64,000 nt of DNA. Origin: an uncultured virus (IMG/VR IMGVR_UViG_3300020578_000012). Lineage: Duplodnaviria; Heunggongvirae; Uroviricota; Caudoviricetes. Positions 58,217 to 64,000 of this stretch are shown piece by piece. The notes beneath the pieces are model-generated. The model had not been told where the DNA came from. It searched no databases and worked only from the letters and a program-made list of their open reading frames with translations. Every line of letters begins with the position of its first letter. The first letter of the stretch is position 1. The position numbers were made by a program, and so were the translations under genes. Where the stretch lies: IMG/VR virus record IMGVR_UViG_3300020578_000012, one strand, 5' to 3'.

Positions 58217-58389
58217 GAGTTTTGAAAGATGGCTCTGTTGCTCAAGAATTAGCAGAGCCTATGACCCTCACAATCAAAACTAAATGCCCAGAAAAGTATA
58301 TGCTTTTTGACATGGAGACTGGCGAGAAATATATTGGACGACCAGCATTGGGTAATTCAAGTTGGTTAAAAATTCATACAGAAACATGA
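58186..58389 (+). CDS. Small hypothetical protein
   Basis: GTG start 8 nt after AGGAG; TIKTKCPEKYML.DMETGEKY.G; ATGA-coupled to uvsW. Confidence 0.55.
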   Translation: MGEIHTGSKVRVLKDGSVAQELAEPMTLTIKTKCPEKYMLFDMETGEKYIGRPALGNSSWLKIHTET

Positions 58390-59849
58390 CAGATGTAACG
58401 ATAGAAAAAGTAAATAACATTTATGTGCAGGTGAACGCAGATGACGGCATTCTTCAAGAGATGTCTGAATTTTTTACGTTTTCGACTCCTGGGTATCAAT
58501 TCAGTCCAGCGTTTCGTAATAGACACTGGGACGGGAAGATACGTTTGCTCAACTTACGCACGAAGCAAATTTATGCTGGATTAATTGCCTATATAAAGAC
58601 TTTCTGTAAGAATAATAACTACACATTCGAGGTTATAGATGAAGAAAAGGAAGTCTATCCGATCGACACAAAAAATCTTGCGAGCGCTTTATCGCTTCCG
58701 ATGGAGCCAAGAGATTATCAGTATCTCGCGTCTAGCGTCGGACTTACGAAGAAAAGAACTGTACTCGTTTCACCTACCGCATCAGGAAAATCACTCATCA
58801 TCTACATGATGATTCGCCACCTGTTGAACACAGGTAAGAAACGTGGATTGTTGATTGTTCCTACGATTAATCTAGTGACTCAGATGCATTCTGACTTTAA
58901 AAATTATTCTGGCGTGAATGGCTGGGATGTAGATAAGCATTGCCAGAAAATTTTTGGCGGCGAAAGCAAGATTCCAGAAACAGATTTAATAATTTCTACT
59001 TGGCAGTCTATCTTTGAGATGCCGAAGAAATATTTTTCTCAGTTTGATTTTGTGATTGGTGACGAAGCACATACGTTTAAAGCCAAGTCATTGACCAGCA
59101 TCATGACTAAACTTATCAACTGCGACATTCGTGTTGGCACTACAGGAACATTGGATGATAGCAAAGTCAACAAACTAGTTCTTGAGGGCTTGTTTGGTCC
59201 TACGTTTAAAGTCATCTCTACAAAAGAACTAATTGAACGCAAGCAATTAGCAAATTTTAGTATCAAGTGTATTGTTTTAAAATATCCAGAACAAGTATGC
59301 AAGGCTATAAAGGGTTTTACATATCCAGATGAGATGAATTTTTTGACTCAGCATGAAGGTCGAAATAATTTTATTCGTGATCTTGCGCTCAACTTAAAGG
59401 GTAACTCATTAATTTTATTTACTTATGTTGAGAAACACGGTAAAATAATACATGAAATGATTTCAAAAGAAGCCAATGGACGAAAGGTATTCTTTATTCA
59501 CGGCGGAGTTGAGGCAGAGGATCGCGAAGCAGTTCGGCATATCACGGAACAGGAAAACGATGCGATCATTGTGGCGAGTTACGGTACGTTCTCTACAGGT
59601 GTGAACATTCGTAACCTACATAATATTATATTCTCCTCTCCAACAAAGAGTAAGATTCGTTCTCTACAGTCAATTGGTCGTGTGCTGCGTTTGGGTGAGA
59701 ACAAAGACGCTGCTACACTTTATGATCTTGCTGATGATTTGCGTTATGGTCCTTATACAAACTTCACATTGAAGCATTATGAGGAACGAGTGAAGATCTA
59801 TAGCGAAGAAAGATTTCCTTTCACATCAAGTAACGTAAGGATAAACTAA
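58386..59849 (+). CDS. uvsW: DNA helicase UvsW
   Basis: WDGKIRL, PRDYQ, SPTASGKSLI, GDEAH, TGT, SYGTFSTGVNI, QSIGRVLR. Confidence 0.95.
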   Translation: MTDVTIEKVNNIYVQVNADDGILQEMSEFFTFSTPGYQFSPAFRNRHWDGKIRLLNLRTKQIYAGLIAYIKTFCKNNNYTFEVIDEEKEVYPIDTKNLASALSLPMEPRDYQYLASSVGLTKKRTVLVSPTASGKSLIIYMMIRHLLNTGKKRGLLIVPTINLVTQMHSDFKNYSGVNGWDVDKHCQKIFGGESKIPETDLIISTWQSIFEMPKKYFSQFDFVIGDEAHTFKAKSLTSIMTKLINCDIRVGTTGTLDDSKVNKLVLEGLFGPTFKVISTKELIERKQLANFSIKCIVLKYPEQVCKAIKGFTYPDEMNFLTQHEGRNNFIRDLALNLKGNSLILFTYVEKHGKIIHEMISKEANGRKVFFIHGGVEAEDREAVRHITEQENDAIIVASYGTFSTGVNIRNLHNIIFSSPTKSKIRSLQSIGRVLRLGENKDAATLYDLADDLRYGPYTNFTLKHYEERVKIYSEERFPFTSSNVRIN

Positions 59850-60286
59850 TGCCAAGAAAAAAGAACACAGAAAAAACAGAATTAAAATTTGTTCGCACTC
59901 GAGACACGTTTGATGATTTGATTGGGTATGTTTCATATGGAACTGAATGTATAACTATTGAGCGACCACTTAGAATTGAGATTGAGACTTTATTTGATGA
60001 GGGTCGACAAATTCTTTCATTGCAAGAATATTTGCCACAGTCAGTGATTGAATTACAAGAAGTTGAAATAAAACTTGATGATATAATTTTCATCACACCT
60101 GTCAGACAAGAATTTTATGAACAATATGAGCATGTAAGTGAATTCTTTTACAATAACGTGGCGAAAATTAGACAAAATACTCCAAGTATGACCAAAGAAG
60201 AAGAACAAGAAGTAGTTGAAAAAACTCAAAAAGTGGTTTCAATACTAGAAGCAATGGCTAACAAAAAGGATAAACCAGTACATTAA
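59849..60286 (+). CDS. Conserved hypothetical protein between uvsW and gp55
   Basis: 145 aa, coupled to uvsW; function not recognisable. Confidence 0.6.
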   Translation: MPRKKNTEKTELKFVRTRDTFDDLIGYVSYGTECITIERPLRIEIETLFDEGRQILSLQEYLPQSVIELQEVEIKLDDIIFITPVRQEFYEQYEHVSEFFYNNVAKIRQNTPSMTKEEEQEVVEKTQKVVSILEAMANKKDKPVH

Positions 60287-60290
60287 AAAT

Positions 60291-60938
60291 ATGGAAGACG
60301 ATTATATGAAAATAAAATTGTATAATGAACCTATACCACATATTATTATTGATAACATTTTTGATGATGAACAGTATCAAAGAGTGTGGAAAGAATTACA
60401 ATATCTTGCCCCCAATATGGTGGGTCCAGACGGAACGCACGCAGCTAAAGATCCTAAAGAATTAGAAAATGGAAATACAGAATTTACATTTAGAAAGCGA
60501 GGGGTGGGTATATTTCTAGAAGCGTTCTTCAAAAATCCTTATCAGCATTCTGAAATAGCAAAAACTTATAGCAGTATATTTAATGACCCTAAAGTGTTCG
60601 AAGAAATTTATGAACAATCACCATTTTTTTTAATGTTTAAAAATGTAAACAACACATCATTGCTTGTACAAAAATACAATAATAGTGATGAATATGCCAG
60701 TCACAAAGATGAAGGCGTATTTACCATGGTTACTCTTCTTTATAAAGAACCTAAAGCGTATAGTGGGGGAGATTTTTGTTTTACAGAATTTGGGAAAACA
60801 TATACTGTGCCGCTCTCAAACAATCAATCAGTTATTTTTTGTTCTGCTATAGAACATAAAGTGACACAAGTCATTAGTGAATCAAATGAAATCGAGGATT
60901 CTAGATTTACTATAGCAGCATTCATGGGAATGAAATAA
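60291..60938 (+). CDS. 2OG-Fe(II) oxygenase (prolyl-hydroxylase-like fold)
   Basis: Y..HKD, Y.GGDF.F, EH.V..V, R.TI: HxD...H triad plus the 2OG-binding Arg. Confidence 0.85.
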   Translation: MEDDYMKIKLYNEPIPHIIIDNIFDDEQYQRVWKELQYLAPNMVGPDGTHAAKDPKELENGNTEFTFRKRGVGIFLEAFFKNPYQHSEIAKTYSSIFNDPKVFEEIYEQSPFFLMFKNVNNTSLLVQKYNNSDEYASHKDEGVFTMVTLLYKEPKAYSGGDFCFTEFGKTYTVPLSNNQSVIFCSAIEHKVTQVISESNEIEDSRFTIAAFMGMK

Positions 60939-60943
60939 TAATT

Positions 60944-61483
60944 ATGGCAAAGAATCACTACATCAATAATAAAGATTTCCTCAAGGAAATGACTGCATAT
61001 CGCACATCAATTCGCAAGGCAAAGAGACTTGGTCAACCAAAGCCACAGATTCCTCGATACGTTGCTGAGTGCTTCATGAAGATTGCCGAGAATCTTTCTC
61101 ACAAACCAAACTTCTTGTCATATACTTTCCGCGATGAAATGGTTGCAGACGCAATTGAAAATTGCGTGATGTACGTCGATAATTTTGATCCAGCAAAATC
61201 AGCAAATCCGTTTGCTTATTTCACGCAAATAGTATATTATGCATTCTTACGTCGGATTCAGAAAGAGAAGAAACAACTCTATGTTAAATACAAATCAACT
61301 GAAACTGCTGGAGTACTCGACGAGTTCGAACTCAATGAGAATGAAGATGGAACTTTTAGACAATTCGAACTCTATGAAAACATTTCCCAATTCATTCAAA
61401 ATTACGAAAACGCAAGAAAAGAAAAGAAAGCCAAGAAAACTGGGTTAGAGAAATTCGTAGATGAAAATAGCAATCCTGGGTGA
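60944..61483 (+). CDS. gp55: Late sigma factor gp55
   Basis: HY.NNK.F, Y.AECF.KIA..LS.KPNF..YTFR.EM..DAIENC, NPFAYFTQI.YYAFLRRI.KEKKQ. Confidence 0.96.
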   Translation: MAKNHYINNKDFLKEMTAYRTSIRKAKRLGQPKPQIPRYVAECFMKIAENLSHKPNFLSYTFRDEMVADAIENCVMYVDNFDPAKSANPFAYFTQIVYYAFLRRIQKEKKQLYVKYKSTETAGVLDEFELNENEDGTFRQFELYENISQFIQNYENARKEKKAKKTGLEKFVDENSNPG

Positions 61484-62516
61484 TGCGCATTTTGGAATGA
61501 GAGGCGATAGTATTGCCTTTCATAATCATTATCGCGACTTTTATTTGAAAACATTTTTTCCTTATTTGGTGCAAAATGGAATTACCACCATCTTTCAGTT
61601 GGGTGACTTATTTGATCGTAGGAAGTATATCTCTTTTCAGTCTCTTGCTCTTTGCCGTCGTTATTTTTTTGACCAGTTAGTCAAACACAATATTCAGTGT
61701 CGCGTTCTACTTGGTAATCACGATATCTTTTTCAAGAACACTCTCGAAGTAAACTCGCCAGATTTGCTTTTGCGTGATTATGAAAATCATGTCATTCTGT
61801 ATGACAAACCATCAATGTGGATGGGGATCGATGTCATTCCTTGGATTTGCAAAGACAATGAACTTGAAATTCTAGACTTCATCAAGCGTAGTGAAAATCA
61901 AGTTTGTTTAGGTCATTTTGAACTCGCTGGGTTTGAAATGGATCGTGGTAATATCTGCCATGAAGGAATGGATGCAAACATATTAAGTAAATATGATATG
62001 GTTCTATCGGGGCATTTTCATCACAAAAGTACAAATGGAAGCATCACCTATGTTGGTACTCCAGGAGAAATGACTTGGGCTGACTATAACGATGAGCGCG
62101 GATTTCATATTTTTGATACCGAAACTAGAGAACTTACTTTTGTACCCAATCCAGAGAAGATGTTCTATAAGATTAAGTACAATGATGATGAATTATTTTA
62201 CAATGATATTGTAAATGCAGACTATTCGTATTTGTCTGGTAAGTATCTAAAAATAGTGGTAGAAAAAAGAAACAATTCCTTTTTGTTCGACACACTGATA
62301 GACTCAATTACAAAAGCAGCACCTCTTGAGGTTGCAGTTGTTGAGGATTTCTCTGAGATCATAGACAATGTTGAAGTAGATATCGATCAAGCAGAAGATA
62401 CAATGACAATTTTAAACAAATACGTCGATGGATTGACATTGCCTGTTGAATCAGATAGAATTAAGACTGTTCTGCGCGATGTATATAATCAAGCATTGTC
62501 TATGGAGACTGTGTGA
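61461..62516 (+). CDS. gp47: Recombination endonuclease subunit gp47 (Mre11-like)
   Basis: D.HFG, LGD.FDRRK, GNHD, GHFE, SGHFH. Confidence 0.95.
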   Translation: MKIAILGDAHFGMRGDSIAFHNHYRDFYLKTFFPYLVQNGITTIFQLGDLFDRRKYISFQSLALCRRYFFDQLVKHNIQCRVLLGNHDIFFKNTLEVNSPDLLLRDYENHVILYDKPSMWMGIDVIPWICKDNELEILDFIKRSENQVCLGHFELAGFEMDRGNICHEGMDANILSKYDMVLSGHFHHKSTNGSITYVGTPGEMTWADYNDERGFHIFDTETRELTFVPNPEKMFYKIKYNDDELFYNDIVNADYSYLSGKYLKIVVEKRNNSFLFDTLIDSITKAAPLEVAVVEDFSEIIDNVEVDIDQAEDTMTILNKYVDGLTLPVESDRIKTVLRDVYNQALSMETV

Positions 62517-64000
62517 TATTTTTTAACGCTGTACGTTATAAAAATTTTCTTTCTTCTGGAAATATATTTACTGAGATTAATCTTGGTGCGCATCCAACCA
62601 CGCTCATTGTTGGCGAGAATGGTGCGGGTAAATCAACATTTCTTGATGCAATCACATTTGCTTTATTCGGCAAGCCATTCCGCAATATTAACAAACCTCA
62701 ACTTGTAAATTCAATCAACGAAAAAGATTGTGTGGTTGAGATTGAGTTTGTTATTGGCAAAATAAAATACAAAGTTGTTCGTGGAATAAAACCAAATTTA
62801 TTTGAAATTTATTTGAACGGCGATTTACTCAATCAAGACGCCAAATCTAAAGATTATCAAGAATATCTTGAGAAGGTAATTCTTAAGATGAACTACAAAT
62901 CATTCACGCAAATAGTAATTTTAGGATCCACAAACTTTACTCCGTTTATGCAATTATCGGCGGCTGATCGCCGAACAGTGATTGAAGATCTATTAGACAT
63001 TCAAATTTTTTCTGCGATGAATGTTGTCGTAAAGAACAAAATGCATGCTCTGAAAGATGAAGCAGCACAACTCAAGATTCAGATTGATAACACAAAAGAT
63101 AAAATTGAACTACACAAGAAACATCTTGACGAACTCAAGAAGAATACAAAAGAAATTTTAGATGCAAAGAAACAAGAAGCAGTAGAGAACAGGGTATCAC
63201 TCTCTTCTCTTGAAACGGAAGCAACGCAAAAAGAAAAGCAAATCGATGATCTGATCTTTCTAACATCAGATGAAGAATTTACAACCAAACGCTTCAACAA
63301 ACTGAACAATCTTGAAGCCAAGATCGAAGGGAACATTCAGAAACTCGAGAAAGACATTGAGTTCTATTCTGTAAATTCGACTTGTCCAACCTGCGATCAG
63401 GCTATCAATAACAAAGAAGAAAAAGTTCATTCATGCAATAGTAAAATATCAGAACTAACCGAAGGTCTAAACAAACTCAAAGAAGAAAGTGATGCCGTTC
63501 TACAGCGAATCAATACCATCAAGACTACTCAAAAAGAACTCAAGTCTTTCGAACAAGATCTTGTGCGGATTAATACTTCTCGCAGCCAGATCAGAAAGTA
63601 CATTAAGAAACTTGAGGATGAGATTACAGAGATAGAAAGCAAACCAGCCATGAGCGATGAGTTCAAGGCACAATCGAAAGAACTATTGAACGCATTACAA
63701 GGATTCAATGAAAAAAGAAAAACAGTATCTGAACAAACACAGAACTATGATATTGTCGCGCAGTTGCTTAAAGATGGCGGGATTAAGTCGAAAATCATTA
63801 AGCAGTACGTTCCAATTATAAACAAATTGGTGAATAAGTATTTGGCTGCGATGGACTTCTTTGTCAACTTCAACATTGACGAGGAGTTTAAGGAGACCAT
63901 CAAGTCTCGTCACCGAGATGATTTCAGTTATGAAAACTTCTCAGAGGGTGAAAAGAAACGTATTGATCTAGCACTCTTGTTCACTTGGAGATCGGTCGCC
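62513..64000 (+). CDS. gp46: Recombination endonuclease subunit gp46 (Rad50-like), truncated by window end
   Basis: Not in the ORF track. Manual translation from GTG 62513: MIFFNAVRYKNFLSSGN...GENGAGKSTFLDAITFALFGKPFR; zinc hook CPTC near 63383; FSEGEKKRIDLALLFTWR at the end. Confidence 0.95.
   Translation, partial: MIFFNAVRYKNFLSSGNIFTEINLGAHPTTLIVGENGAGKSTFLDAITFALFGKPFRNINKPQLVNSINEKDCVVEIEFVIGKIKYKVVRGIKPNLFEIYLNGDLLNQDAKSKDYQEYLEKVILKMNYKSFTQIVILGSTNFTPFMQLSAADRRTVIEDLLDIQIFSAMNVVVKNKMHALKDEAAQLKIQIDNTKDKIELHKKHLDELKKNTKEILDAKKQEAVENRVSLSSLETEATQKEKQIDDLIFLTSDEEFTTKRFNKLNNLEAKIEGNIQKLEKDIEFYSVNSTCPTCDQAINNKEEKVHSCNSKISELTEGLNKLKEESDAVLQRINTIKTTQKELKSFEQDLVRINTSRSQIRKYIKKLEDEITEIESKPAMSDEFKAQSKELLNALQGFNEKRKTVSEQTQNYDIVAQLLKDGGIKSKIIKQYVPIINKLVNKYLAAMDFFVNFNIDEEFKETIKSRHRDDFSYENFSEGEKKRIDLALLFTWRSVA

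Noticed and set aside
563..63913. Numerous 60-150 aa antisense or alternate-frame ORFs in the track
   Set aside because: They lie within well-supported genes and mostly mirror codon bias or repeats (for example 54289-54738 and 30899-31249); no independent RBS or motifs.
1..64000. tRNA genes or an alternative genetic code
   Set aside because: Intergenic gaps are short with no cloverleaf seen by eye (tRNAscan not run), and core genes are intact in the standard code with TAA, TGA and TAG all used as stops.

Overview
This is a contiguous 64-kb segment of a T4-like (Tevenvirinae/Kyanoviridae-style) myophage genome read in the standard genetic code. It runs from gp33 (partial), gp59, a GIY-YIG homing endonuclease and gp32, through a minus-strand block (tape-measure-like protein with a GH19 muramidase domain, gp51-like, gp26-like, gp54-like, gp2, gp4). 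A long plus-strand virion cluster follows: gp48, 53, hub, 5, 25, 6, 7, 8, a split VrlC/DUF4815-like pair, a modular fibre region, gp13-23 and gp3. The window ends with uvsY, uvsW, a 2OG-Fe(II) oxygenase, gp55, gp47 and partial gp46. The most notable observations are: (1) a T-TTT-TTC slippery site that would fuse the gp26-like and gp51-like ORFs by -1 frameshift directly upstream of the tape-measure gene, as in lambda G/GT; (2) a Hint autoprocessing domain between polyproline tracts where the VrlC-like gene is split; (3) a mix-and-match fibre system with Ala/Asn heptad stalks, repeat-flanked modules, an amicyanin-type copper site and a shared C-terminal tag; (4) a sigma70-type promoter firing antisense into the late cluster next to uvsY; (5) a switch-like RNA leader on the homing endonuclease. 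All gene names come from motif recall and synteny; no database searches were run.
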